From contig OY970359.1 of NCBI GenBank assembly GCA_963718665.1, positions 544,001 to 608,000 of the forward strand: a stretch of 64,000 nt of DNA. The letters are read 5' to 3'. A program made the translations under genes and the position numbers. This stretch comes from an uncultured Phycisphaerales bacterium (GTDB lineage Bacteria; Planctomycetota; Phycisphaerae; Sedimentisphaerales; Anaerobacaceae). Positions 1 to 10,173 of this stretch are shown piece by piece. The notes below the pieces were generated by a model. The model saw only the letters and a program-made list of their open reading frames with translations. It searched no databases and was not told the origin of the DNA. Within the stretch, counting starts at the first letter, position 1. Each line of letters begins with the position of its first letter.

Positions 1-538
1 CGAAACTGTCGGCCACGGAATCCATACGCCGCCGGATTTCACCTTCTAAGACAATTGTTCCTCTGGGCTGGAATCTTTCCAGATTTTCTAAAAACAATCT
101 TTGGGCTTTACCGATTATCCCCATCGTCTCTTCGATTGATTTATTCATTATCGCTGCAATCTCATCCAAATCGAGCTTTTCAATGTAATAAAGCGCCATA
201 GCAATAGATTCCTCCAAATCCAGTCCGGCAAGCGCCTTCGCCGCACAAAGGGCATCTTCACGTTCGAATAATAGCCGACCGTTAAGCGTATTGCCTTTTC
301 CCAAATCCTCTCCTATCGTCTCCGTCATACAGCCGATGATAATCGATATCCCGGCTTTTGTTTCCTGCATTCGGGCCAGATAGGAAGATACGAGGGAATA
401 AACGGCTATGGTCTCGGCCAACCGTTTGCTGTTGGTGTATTTGACGCATCTTACAATGACAAATGGTAAAAGTACGCGGATTAGCTCTCTGTAAGTTGAA
501 AGATTTACCTTTGGCGTTAAATTGCTTACTCGCTCCAT
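1..538 (-). CDS. ECF sigma-70-like protein, divergent; 3' end runs off window
   Basis: Not in ORF track. Manual translation from ATG 538 with AGGAG RBS is open to the edge: MERVSNL...YRELIRVLLPFVIVRCVKYTNSKRLAETIAV (region-2-like)...ALAGLDLEESIAMALYYIEKLDLDEIAAIMNKSIEETMGIIGKAQRLF (region-4 HTH-like). Confidence 0.65.
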   Translation of the reverse strand, partial: MERVSNLTPKVNLSTYRELIRVLLPFVIVRCVKYTNSKRLAETIAVYSLVSSYLARMQETKAGISIIIGCMTETIGEDLGKGNTLNGRLLFEREDALCAAKALAGLDLEESIAMALYYIEKLDLDEIAAIMNKSIEETMGIIGKAQRLFLENLERFQPRGTIVLEGEIRRRMDSVADSF

Positions 539-620
539 AACAATCCTCTCCTAACCACGGATTACTCAGATTAATACGGATTATCACGGACCCTTTTCCC
601 CGCGAACGTAGCCTTGCGAA

Positions 621-945
621 GCCCCCACGTCTACTTTTCAAAGAAAAGTGTGGGGGGCGGAAAAAATAAAGGGCACCGCCGCAATCACGCTCAGCGCAGG
701 CCCGTCAGAGCCCTTGAAGAACGTGAAGGACGATGCCCTTTTGGCAACGCAGGTGCAGTCGCACCGCTGCTTAATAAGCAGCGGTGCTCTCTGTGTAGAA
801 ACAAAGAGCACCGAGCCTTCCAAACGCTTCTTCATTACGCATAAACTGACGGTTCGCGCTGAAACGCCTGAAATCTCAGTGTTCAATTACTATGGCGGTT
901 ATCTCTCCGCCGTGGGTATTTTACCTCTATGGTTTTGTCCGACAA
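621..945 (-). promoter_or_regulatory. Structured 5' leader with alternative terminator/antiterminator folds and candidate sigma70 promoter
   Basis: Stems 668-680/729-741 followed by a U-tract, 691-708/846-862, 715-729/816-834; perfect 12-bp hairpin 761-787; TTGTCG-N16-TAAAAT at 945-918. Confidence 0.5.
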
Positions 946-1230
946 GGGAAAATTAGGAAAAACTCAACTAAATATGCCAGTTTGAAAAGCCAGAAGCTTG
1001 ACGCTGATTTACGCCAGTTTGTAAGCGATTTGCTCGTCTTAGGATGTCTTTGACAGTCAGAACTATTGCCCTTCTGAAAAAAGCTGTTTTCTTTCCCCGT
1101 TTAACGATATACTGCCACCTTAGGGCCGGGAGCATAGAATCACATCTCTGTCCATCAACATTGCCGTCCGGCAGATGCCTTTAACCCGTTTTATAGAGAC
1201 TGTATAATCATTGTTATACTTAAGGAGTAT

Positions 1231-2427
1231 GTGTCCGCAATGAAGATCATAACTACTAACGAAGGGCTGAAAAAGAACCTTTCCAGGCTTATTGAAAATT
1301 ACACTAACATTGCGTTTGCAGTAGCGTGGGCATCTGCTAAGACGGAGATATTTCAAGAGCTAAGCGAGAAGCGGTCTCGAATACGTAAAGCAGTCATAGG
1401 CACTCATTTTTATCAAACACACCCCGATGTGTTAGATACTTTTGTTGGATCAGAGGAAGTTCGCTCCATATATCAACCGAATGGTGTTTTTCATCCTAAG
1501 GTCTATATTTTTTGGGATCAAAAGCACTGGGAAATATTAATTGGAAGCGCGAACTTGACTTATTTCGCATTGTATCGGAATTCTGAAGTAATGGTCTTGA
1601 TCTCTGATGCTGATGAAGGCAACTCAACGCTGAAGGAGCAAATCCTCGAACTAATCGAGAACTACTGGAAAGATGCGAGTATTATCACTAAACCTTCGGT
1701 AATTTCATATCGCGCACGCTGGTCGAGGCAGCAACGTTCTTTGCAGCGTTTATCTGGCCAATATGGAAAAAGCACAGCGAAAAAACCTCCTATGGATTCA
1801 TTGGTAGTGTCGATGTCATGGGAACAGTTTCTCGCTTCCGTTAAAAATGATCCTCATCACGAATTTGAAAATCGTCGTAAGCTACTCAAATTAGCCAGAT
1901 CAGCTTTTGATAAGTATGGTCGGTTCGACTTAATGGAAATTGGCTTAAGAAAAACAATCGCCGGACTACCAAACAACTTCGAACCATACTGGGGGTTCTT
2001 CGGAAGTATGAATGGAGCAGGCTACTACCATCGAGCAGTTAATGAAAATAATCGCCACCTCTCACAGGCGCTAGATAAAATCTCATTGACAAATGTCCCC
2101 GTAACACGAGAGCATTACACAGAATATTTGGCTGAGTTTATCAAGGCATTTCCAAACGGCGGGGATGGCGTTGCTGTTGCCAGTCGTCTGCTGGCACTAA
2201 AACGGCCCGACCAATTCGTTTGCATTGATTCAAAGAACAAAAGGGAGCTTTGCAGAAACTTTGGAATAAAACAGATAGGCAAGGATTATGATCGCTACTG
2301 GGAAGAAATCATAGAGCAAATTATGGATTCTGTCTGGTGGAACGAACCCCGACCAAATAACGACATAGACAGTACAGTTTGGGATGGCAGAGCAGCAATG
2401 TTAGATTCCATCTTTTATCGCCCGTAA
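1231..2427 (+). CDS. Phospholipase D (HKD)-family nuclease, restriction-endonuclease-like
   Basis: Single HPKVYIFWD...IGSANLT motif in N-terminal half; AAGGAG RBS; helical C-terminal domain (SRLLALKRPD). Confidence 0.75.
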   Translation: MSAMKIITTNEGLKKNLSRLIENYTNIAFAVAWASAKTEIFQELSEKRSRIRKAVIGTHFYQTHPDVLDTFVGSEEVRSIYQPNGVFHPKVYIFWDQKHWEILIGSANLTYFALYRNSEVMVLISDADEGNSTLKEQILELIENYWKDASIITKPSVISYRARWSRQQRSLQRLSGQYGKSTAKKPPMDSLVVSMSWEQFLASVKNDPHHEFENRRKLLKLARSAFDKYGRFDLMEIGLRKTIAGLPNNFEPYWGFFGSMNGAGYYHRAVNENNRHLSQALDKISLTNVPVTREHYTEYLAEFIKAFPNGGDGVAVASRLLALKRPDQFVCIDSKNKRELCRNFGIKQIGKDYDRYWEEIIEQIMDSVWWNEPRPNNDIDSTVWDGRAAMLDSIFYRP

Positions 2428-2745
2428 CTTCATATCTAACGGCAACTCTCTCAAACTAAATCTGTATCAATGCTGGCATACCAGAGCATTCTGGCGAGTC
2501 AAATGTTTTTCCTAAATTCTTCTTTCCACCGTGTAATGCCCGTTAATAAAATACTAACTATGAACAACGAGTATCCAGCATCGAGCATCGAGTATCCCAT
2601 TCGTGCCGCTTCGCAGTATTGACTTCCTGACCAAAAACCCATAAGCTATTGCATTCGATTGAGTATGTAACGAACTCGCAGGGCACACAGTTATAATGTT
2701 TTTCTCTGCGGTCTCAGCGTGCTCCGCGGTGAAAGAGGTTTGTGA

Positions 2746-3936
2746 ATGAGCACTAAATACGCGATAATAATACCTGATGGCGCGGCGGATAACCCGATAG
2801 AGCAGTTCGGCAACAAAACGCCCTTGGAAGCGGCTAATACCCCGAATATGGACAAAATCGGCCAGACCGGCCGGCTCGGCGCCGTCCGCACCGTCCCCGA
2901 AGGTATGGAACCGGGCAGCGACGTCGCACAGATGTCGCTATTGGGCTATGACCCGAAAAAATACTACACCGGAAGAGCGCCGATTGAAGCAGTCGCAAGA
3001 AACGTCCACTTATCACCCGATGACTGGGTCTTCAGGTGCAACCTCGTTACTTTCGCAGACGGCAAAATGGCTGACCACAGCGCAGGCCATATATCCACCG
3101 AAGAAGGAACTCGCCTCATCGAAGAGCTTAATGAGCAGCTCTCAAATGATAATATCCGTTTCTACACCGGCGTAAGTTACCGTCACCTGCTCGTCCTCAA
3201 AAATACCGATGTCAACGTCAAGACCTGCCCGCCCCACGATTTCATAGGTACCCCCGTCGAAAAAATCCTCCCAAGGGGCAAGGGTTCAGAATTACTTATC
3301 GACCTGATGATGCGCTCGCAGCAGTTCTTCCACAACCACGATATCAACAAGGTCCGGGCGGACTTAGGCGAAAACCAGGTCAGCTCAATCTGGCTCTGGG
3401 GTCAGGGCAAAAAAGCAAAACTCGAAAGTTTCGAAAAACGCTTCGGCTTAAAAGGCGCAGGCATCACCGCTGTTGACCTCTTCAGGGGACTTGCGAAACT
3501 CATCGACTTCGACCTCATCGAAGTCCCCGGCGCAACCGGCTTTATCGATACCAACTTTGAAGGCAAAGGAGCGGCAGCGATTAAGGCCCTCAAGAATTAT
3601 GATATCGTCATCGTTCATGTCGAGGCCCCCGATGAGGCAGGCCACTCGGGTAATCCCGAAGCCAAGAAAAAGGCAATCGAACAGATTGATAAATACATAG
3701 TAGGCCCGATTTACGAGGCGATTAAAAAATACCCCTCTTGGCGGATTATGGTCCTGCCGGACCACCCAACACCCGTAAAAACCGGCGCCCATTGCGGCGA
3801 CCCCGTCCCGTTCGCTATGGCAGGCGACAACGTTTCGGGCGCTTTTCAGGCCGCCTTCACCGAATCAAACGCCGCAAAATCCGGCTTGCGTATTGACAAG
3901 GGGTATCAACTTATGGAATACTTCTTAAAAAGCTGA
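2746..3936 (+). CDS. apgM: Cofactor-independent phosphoglycerate mutase family (ApgM-like; proposed homoserine kinase subfamily)
   Basis: PDGAAD, PGSDVA, HVEAPDEAGH, PDHPTP metal-binding motifs. Confidence 0.85.
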   Translation: MSTKYAIIIPDGAADNPIEQFGNKTPLEAANTPNMDKIGQTGRLGAVRTVPEGMEPGSDVAQMSLLGYDPKKYYTGRAPIEAVARNVHLSPDDWVFRCNLVTFADGKMADHSAGHISTEEGTRLIEELNEQLSNDNIRFYTGVSYRHLLVLKNTDVNVKTCPPHDFIGTPVEKILPRGKGSELLIDLMMRSQQFFHNHDINKVRADLGENQVSSIWLWGQGKKAKLESFEKRFGLKGAGITAVDLFRGLAKLIDFDLIEVPGATGFIDTNFEGKGAAAIKALKNYDIVIVHVEAPDEAGHSGNPEAKKKAIEQIDKYIVGPIYEAIKKYPSWRIMVLPDHPTPVKTGAHCGDPVPFAMAGDNVSGAFQAAFTESNAAKSGLRIDKGYQLMEYFLKS

Positions 3937-3996
3937 TTGGACCGGCTTTTTGAACAGAAACAAGGATTATTTTAAGACAGTTTTAACGGAGTAGCT

Positions 3997-5238
3997 ATGC
4001 CTATACTTGTTCAAAAGTTTGGCGGGACTTCGGTAGCAAACGCCGAGAAAATCCGTCGGGCCGCACAGAAGGCAATAGACGCGACCAAAAAGGGTTACCA
4101 GGTTGTTGTCGTCGCTTCAGCTCGCGGCCACCAGACAGACCATCTCGTGGCGGACGCAATGGAGCTTAACCCGAACCCGCCCAAACGCGAAATGGACCAG
4201 TTGCTCAGCACAGGCGAACAGCAGACGGTATCACTCTTCGCGATGGCGCTGGATGCGATGGGGCAAAAAGCAATCAGCTTTACGGGCTTCCAGGTCGGAA
4301 TGCTCACCGACAGCACGCATACAAAGGCCCGTATAAAGAGCATCGACGCCAAGCGAATCCACAAGGAGCTTAAAGACGGCAAAATCGTAATCGTCGCCGG
4401 CTTCCAAGGCATCGACGAAAACGACAATATCACAACCCTTGGCAGAGGTGGCTCAGATACTACCGCGGTCGCCATCGCCGCCGCTGTGGGCGCAGAGGTC
4501 TGCGAAATTTTCACCGACGTTAACGGCATATACACAACGGACCCGCGCATTTACACAAAAGCCGCGAAAATGAAGGAAATCAGCTACGACGAGATGCTCG
4601 AACTCGCCAGTTTGGGCGCAGGCGTTATGCACAGTCGCAGCATAGAATTCGGTAAAAAATACAACGTAAAAATTCACGTCAGGTCCAGCAGCGAAGACGT
4701 TGAAGGAACATACATTATTGGAGAGGCGGAACAAATGGAAGGAATAGTTGTTTCGGGAGCGACGATACAAAAAGACATGGCGAAAATAACTTTGGTGGGC
4801 ATCGACAATAAGCCGGGCAACGCCGCCAGGGTATTTCACAAGATGGCCCAGGCCAAAGTGGTCGTCAACGACATTATGCAGACCGAAATCAGCTCCGACA
4901 AGGCCAATCTGGCCTTCACGATAGGCACGTCGGACCTGCACTCGGCCAAAGAGGCAATCGCCGGCATAAAGAGCGAGGTAAAGTGTGACAATGTTTTCTT
5001 CCGTGAGGATATCGCGGAGGTCTCGGTTGTGGGCGTCGGGATGAGAAACCACTATGGCATCGCTGAAAAGATGTTCAGCGCATTAGCCAAAGCCAGGGTC
5101 AATATCGACTCGATTACCACAAGCGAAATACGCATAAGCTGCGTCGTCGATAAAAACCAGGCGGAAAAGGCCCTGATAGCAGTTTGCGACGCATTCGATT
5201 TGGATAAGCCAGCAGAAAAAAGAGCCAAAAAGAAATAA
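3997..5238 (+). CDS. lysC: Aspartate kinase
   Basis: VQKFGGTSV, TTLGRGGSDTTA, two C-terminal ACT domains. Confidence 0.95.
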   Translation: MPILVQKFGGTSVANAEKIRRAAQKAIDATKKGYQVVVVASARGHQTDHLVADAMELNPNPPKREMDQLLSTGEQQTVSLFAMALDAMGQKAISFTGFQVGMLTDSTHTKARIKSIDAKRIHKELKDGKIVIVAGFQGIDENDNITTLGRGGSDTTAVAIAAAVGAEVCEIFTDVNGIYTTDPRIYTKAAKMKEISYDEMLELASLGAGVMHSRSIEFGKKYNVKIHVRSSSEDVEGTYIIGEAEQMEGIVVSGATIQKDMAKITLVGIDNKPGNAARVFHKMAQAKVVVNDIMQTEISSDKANLAFTIGTSDLHSAKEAIAGIKSEVKCDNVFFREDIAEVSVVGVGMRNHYGIAEKMFSALAKARVNIDSITTSEIRISCVVDKNQAEKALIAVCDAFDLDKPAEKRAKKK

Positions 5239-5294
5239 GCATTAACCCCCCAATAAATTGAGGGGCTAAACACCTGGATTCCCCCTAAGGGGGA

Positions 5295-5951
5295 ATGACA
5301 ACTGCTATGGCGCGATATGCGATGAGCAGACGCATGCGTAATGCCGTTGCCATCATTATTACGCTGACGGCGGCGACATTATGTTTTCTCGACCGTAGTT
5401 ACATCAGCCGGTCATTAACCAAACCCCTGCAATCGAGCCATCAGCAGGATTCCGGAGACGTTTCAAAATATCACGGCAGGCAATTTGCCGTCGTAAAAGT
5501 CGTCGATGGCGATACCCTCGATATCGATATCCCCGATTTATCCGCCGACGGCGGACGCAAATACAGCCATACCAGAATCCGCCTTTGGGGAATCGATACG
5601 CCTGAAACCAAAGACCCAAGAACAGGGCCAATGTATTTCGGCAAAGAGGCATCGGACTTCGCAACCAAACTCGCCCTCGGCAAACAGGTAACTGTTTACT
5701 TGGAAAAAGAGAAGAACAGCAGGGACAAATATCATCAGCTTCTCGCCTATATCCAACTGCCCGACGGGACTTTCCTGAATGAGATTTTATTAAGCGAGGG
5801 TTACGCCTACGCGGATTTGCGATTCAAACACGGCTTATATAATAAATACAAGCAGTTGGAATCCGTCGCCCGAAGCCGCAAGATTGGCCTCTGGGCAAAT
5901 GTAACCCCCGAACAAATGCCTAAATGGCGGCAACAGAAAATCAAAAATTAA
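5295..5951 (+). CDS. Thermonuclease (SNase) family, N-terminal membrane anchor
   Basis: VVDGDT, IRLWGIDTPE, DKYHQLLAY, GLW motifs. Confidence 0.9.
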   Translation: MTTAMARYAMSRRMRNAVAIIITLTAATLCFLDRSYISRSLTKPLQSSHQQDSGDVSKYHGRQFAVVKVVDGDTLDIDIPDLSADGGRKYSHTRIRLWGIDTPETKDPRTGPMYFGKEASDFATKLALGKQVTVYLEKEKNSRDKYHQLLAYIQLPDGTFLNEILLSEGYAYADLRFKHGLYNKYKQLESVARSRKIGLWANVTPEQMPKWRQQKIKN

Positions 5952-6192
5952 AATGCAAAAGGCAAAATTGCGGTATCCCTATGGGATGATATTCTAACCA
6001 CAGGCAAGCTCCCCCGATAAAGACATTCGAGGGCAGGCAGGGCAGGCCGCTGAGGTAAATAATTAACACCGATTTATTTTAGACGCTGATTAACACGGAT
6101 GGAAACGGATTTACACGGTTTTTTCGCCGCGTCTTGAGTCGGAGCTAAGCTTATTAATTCAAACGACTAACCTTCCGATAAATATTCCCATC

Positions 6193-9100
6193 CTACGGTG
6201 GCCCCCACATCGTAGGATCGTTTATCCGTCGTATTTCTCTAAATACATCTATAGGATCTAGGGGTGTTATAGGGATTGAAAGCTGCAAGCGATCCAAATC
6301 ATTTTCCGATATACTATCTTGGGGACCGACCGAATCCGCCTTCACCAGTGGCTGATCACGAAACGTTAGCAACTCGTTGTATTGGTCAATATCCTTTTGA
6401 CTGGTATAAACAGCACTAGGGTATACGTATGATAAAGCTTGTAAGATGCTTTCTGTCATTCGTTCCATTCTGCTGTAGGCACCATTGGTGAGAGAGTCCC
6501 AGTAAATTCTGTCTATTTCTTCCTGTTCTCTTTCTCTTACCAACCAATCAGATATCCAGTCTCCGACAGTACATAAACCTAATGGGTCGATTTCATTAAC
6601 CGGATTATTCAGGCAATAAAGATACAAATTTGGTCCATCGGACATACCGGTGGGGTCCTGGGTAATGAAACGGCCAACTTCGGGGTCATAGTATCTTGCA
6701 CCGAAGTAAACCAATCCTGACGCGTCGAGCTCTTTGGTTAAGAATTGGTGCGAATTATCGGCCGAGCCGGTTTGAGCAACAATATTTCCAAAGGCATCGT
6801 AGCTATAACTTTGTGCAATTGCGCCGGAGGAGTCAGTCAAGTTTACCACGCTTCCCAAGCCATCGTAATGGTAATACTGCGAAGCGGACTGCTCACTAAT
6901 AATCCCGCCGATTCCGCCCGCCGCATAGGGATTGCGCAGGTAACTGGCGGTAGTTGTGCCGGCTGCATTGCGCTCCAAAATCACGTTAAGACCCTCGTAA
7001 AGATAATTTGTGGTTGATGAACCACTTTCAACTGAGATTCTTTTCCCTTCGCCGTCGTATCCGTAAGTTTCGCTGACGTCGGTAGAAGTAAATTGAACAA
7101 GATGATTTCTTGAGTCATAAGTTAAATTTGCGGTCTCGTCTCCCTGCTGCTTCTCAACCAGGTTGCCGTTTTTATCGTAAGTATAGATTATTTGTTCTTC
7201 GCCGGTAATCTGCTCATCAGTAAGCTGGTTTAAGGCGTTATACGAATAATTATGCGTGATTCCATCTTTAATCATCTGTGTGCGGTTACCTGCAGGGTCA
7301 TAAGCATAGCTAATCTGATAAGAATCAGCCGCAGAAGTTTTGCGCTCCTCAGTTAATTCTCCCTTGGCATCATAAGTATAATCAATTTCCCCATCCAGCG
7401 TTGTAACACTGGTTCGCAGACCTCTTATGTCATAGATATAGCTAAATTCAGCGAGTTTCGTAAAAGGTCTTTTTGCCTGCTGTTGAGTAAGTTTAGTCAG
7501 GCGGTTCATACTATCATAGGTATAAACTGCGTTTATCTTGTTTGGATAAGCCAATTTCACCAAATTGCCCAGCTTGTCATAAGTGTAGCTGGTGACTTTT
7601 TTCTGGGAGTCGGTGAGAGAAATTAAGCGGTTTAAGGCATCATATTTGTATTTAGTGATTTTTCCGTCGGGGTCAGTCAAGGTCAGGCGGTTGCCAGCTT
7701 TATCATAGGCATAGCTTACATTATCATTTGCTGCCGGGCCATCAACTTTAATCAGCCGTCCGAGTTTATCATAAGCATAACCGGTGGTCCCTTGCGCATC
7801 AGTCATTGAGATTCGCCTGCCCAGGGAGTCGTAAGCATAACTAACCTCTGAATCAGGATAAATAATTTCAATCAGGCGATTAAGGTTGTCGTATTGATAA
7901 GTGGTAGTTTGTCCTTTGGCATCAACTGAAGCAATACGGTTTCCTGCGGCATCATACTGGTATTGCACTTCATTACCCAAAGCGTCGGTTCGCGAGATTA
8001 AACGATTGAGGCTGTCGTATTCATAAGAAGTCCGGTTATTATTCTGGTCAGTTACAGAAATTAAATTCCCTTCTGTATCGTAAGCATAGTTAATCACATG
8101 GCCTGAAGCATCAGTTGTGGAAGTTACTCGATGGTCCTGGTCATAAGTATAGTAAGTGGTGTTGGCATTAGCATCAGTTACGGAAATTCGATTACCTGCT
8201 TCATCATAGGCATAGCTTACTGAAGACCCATCGGGATAGGTGACTTGGGTAAGCTTATTCAGCTCATCGTAATCAAAATTTGTAATATTATTTTTTGCGT
8301 CTTTGACTTGCGTCAAGTTTCCTACACCGTCGTAAGTAAAAAGTGTAATTCCTTTTGCAGCATCACTCTTGAGGGATAGGTTGCCTTGAGAATCATAGCC
8401 AAAAAGAGTTTTCTTGCCTAATTGGTTGGTTGCACTTATTGGCTGGCCGTAAATATTGTATTTATAGGAAACTGAACCGGCGAGAGCATCTACAGTTTTG
8501 GTAAGATTACCATACTTATCATAGGTATTAGTGGTAATATTGCCCTGCGCATCAGTAAAGGTTTGCAATAAGTTAAAGTTTGCCTCGTAATTAAATGAAG
8601 TAAGATTACCCTTGGGGTCGGTAACCCCGGTCAAATTGCCTTTCGCATCGTATTCCATGCTGGTTGTGCGGCCCAATTCATCGGTACGGGAGGTAAGATT
8701 TAAGTTACTATCCCATGTTGAGAGGATTTGGCCGCCTTGAGGATTGACTACTTTGGTGATTAGATAATCACTGTTATAGTAATGCACTGTCTGGTTGCCT
8801 CTGGAATCGGTAATTGTGGTCACGCTGTCAGCAGTATCAAAACTTAAGCTTGTGTAATTATTGTTGCCCTCGCCCGTAGAAGATGTGCAGCGGCCTGAGT
8901 TGTCAAAAGTAAAATATACCGAATCTCCCCTTGGATTGGTCTTCCTGGTGAGTTTGTGATTTGAGTCGTACTGATAAGTGGTTGAATTGCCCTTGGGGTC
9001 GATAACGCTGGCTAAGTTGCCGGAAGAATCGTATGTATAATCATAATTTCTTCCTACCGGGTCGGTTATCTGGGTTAGCTGGTTTGAATCGTTATAGCTT

Positions 9101-10173
9101 AAATTAATTACGCGTCCTGCGGTATCGGTAATTTGAGTGAGGTTATTCTTAGCGTTATAACTAAATGAAATAACGTTGCTATTGCGGTCTTTTATTTGCG
9201 TAAGCTTCCCGGAAAGATCAAAAATATATTGTTTACCATCTTTCTTGCGCCAGCTATAGTTAGTCGAGGCCTTGGTTAAGGTGGAATATTCACCTCGCTG
9301 GGCAGTATATGTGCCGTCTAAATTATCAGCAAATAAATAACCCTTTGCCTGCTCATCTTTTATTTTGACGAAATTAGCGTCGCCAAAACCATCATCCATT
9401 TCTAAATAAACATTATAACTATGCGTCCATCCAAAACCCAAAGGCTCTTCCGTTTCTTCCTGACTGTTATACGTGCGGACAAATTCAAATTTCAGGCCCC
9501 GCCCGGGTATAGTTAAGTCGGGGGTGATAACATACATATTGCCGGTTACGGAGTTTATAGGGTCGCCGACGGACGGATTTGGGGATTCCCCATTCGTGGC
9601 ATCAATAGGAGGATCTGGCGGCTCCGGCGAAGGTGTTGGAAAGTGTATCATCGTGATTGTAAATACACCAGCATTTTGCCCTATGAATGTTGCATACGAA
9701 TTAAGCTCCGTGTCTGTATCACTTGATGAGTAATTATCCTGAAAAGTACCTGATATTGTCTTATTTAAAACTGTGCCGACAAAATTACTAACTTCTGTGG
9801 CCGTTCCGCTCCCTTCCGAATCATTGTAATTGCTGGTATATGTGGTTGTAAAAGTTATCGAATTACCAGTTACCTTCCCTGTTAAAGTTGCACTCGTCGT
9901 TCCAGAACTATCGCTAGTATTAGAACCGCCGCTGAGAGTCCCATCGGGAGCTTGGTTTATCGTAAAATTATCATTAGGAAAATCAGGAAACGCAACATCA
10001 CGACTACTTGTATTCTGAGTTCCATCGGAAAGTGTCAATGTGACAGTTTCTGTCAGGTTTATGGTGGAAGGCGTAATAGTTGTATCCCAAACTCCCGATA
10101 CATCCGCATTCGTGGCAAAGGCAAAATTACTATTGCATAAGCAAAACAAAACTACTAATAAAATCCTTCTCAT
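6193..10173 (-). CDS. RHS/YD-repeat protein with signal peptide, DUF6531-like region, RHS core and ~120-aa C-terminal tip
   Basis: Many YxYD repeats; GDPINSVTGN; RYYDPEVGRFITQDP...NNPVNEIDPLGL core end. Confidence 0.93.
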   Translation of the reverse strand: MRRILLVVLFCLCNSNFAFATNADVSGVWDTTITPSTINLTETVTLTLSDGTQNTSSRDVAFPDFPNDNFTINQAPDGTLSGGSNTSDSSGTTSATLTGKVTGNSITFTTTYTSNYNDSEGSGTATEVSNFVGTVLNKTISGTFQDNYSSSDTDTELNSYATFIGQNAGVFTITMIHFPTPSPEPPDPPIDATNGESPNPSVGDPINSVTGNMYVITPDLTIPGRGLKFEFVRTYNSQEETEEPLGFGWTHSYNVYLEMDDGFGDANFVKIKDEQAKGYLFADNLDGTYTAQRGEYSTLTKASTNYSWRKKDGKQYIFDLSGKLTQIKDRNSNVISFSYNAKNNLTQITDTAGRVINLSYNDSNQLTQITDPVGRNYDYTYDSSGNLASVIDPKGNSTTYQYDSNHKLTRKTNPRGDSVYFTFDNSGRCTSSTGEGNNNYTSLSFDTADSVTTITDSRGNQTVHYYNSDYLITKVVNPQGGQILSTWDSNLNLTSRTDELGRTTSMEYDAKGNLTGVTDPKGNLTSFNYEANFNLLQTFTDAQGNITTNTYDKYGNLTKTVDALAGSVSYKYNIYGQPISATNQLGKKTLFGYDSQGNLSLKSDAAKGITLFTYDGVGNLTQVKDAKNNITNFDYDELNKLTQVTYPDGSSVSYAYDEAGNRISVTDANANTTYYTYDQDHRVTSTTDASGHVINYAYDTEGNLISVTDQNNNRTSYEYDSLNRLISRTDALGNEVQYQYDAAGNRIASVDAKGQTTTYQYDNLNRLIEIIYPDSEVSYAYDSLGRRISMTDAQGTTGYAYDKLGRLIKVDGPAANDNVSYAYDKAGNRLTLTDPDGKITKYKYDALNRLISLTDSQKKVTSYTYDKLGNLVKLAYPNKINAVYTYDSMNRLTKLTQQQAKRPFTKLAEFSYIYDIRGLRTSVTTLDGEIDYTYDAKGELTEERKTSAADSYQISYAYDPAGNRTQMIKDGITHNYSYNALNQLTDEQITGEEQIIYTYDKNGNLVEKQQGDETANLTYDSRNHLVQFTSTDVSETYGYDGEGKRISVESGSSTTNYLYEGLNVILERNAAGTTTASYLRNPYAAGGIGGIISEQSASQYYHYDGLGSVVNLTDSSGAIAQSYSYDAFGNIVAQTGSADNSHQFLTKELDASGLVYFGARYYDPEVGRFITQDPTGMSDGPNLYLYCLNNPVNEIDPLGLCTVGDWISDWLVREREQEEIDRIYWDSLTNGAYSRMERMTESILQALSYVYPSAVYTSQKDIDQYNELLTFRDQPLVKADSVGPQDSISENDLDRLQLSIPITPLDPIDVFREIRRINDPTMWGPP

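Noticed and set aside
282..956. ORF-track ORFs 282-641, 614-844, 638-886, 648-956
   Set aside because: They overlap the better RBS-led frame (1-538) or the structured leader and have no recognisable protein features.
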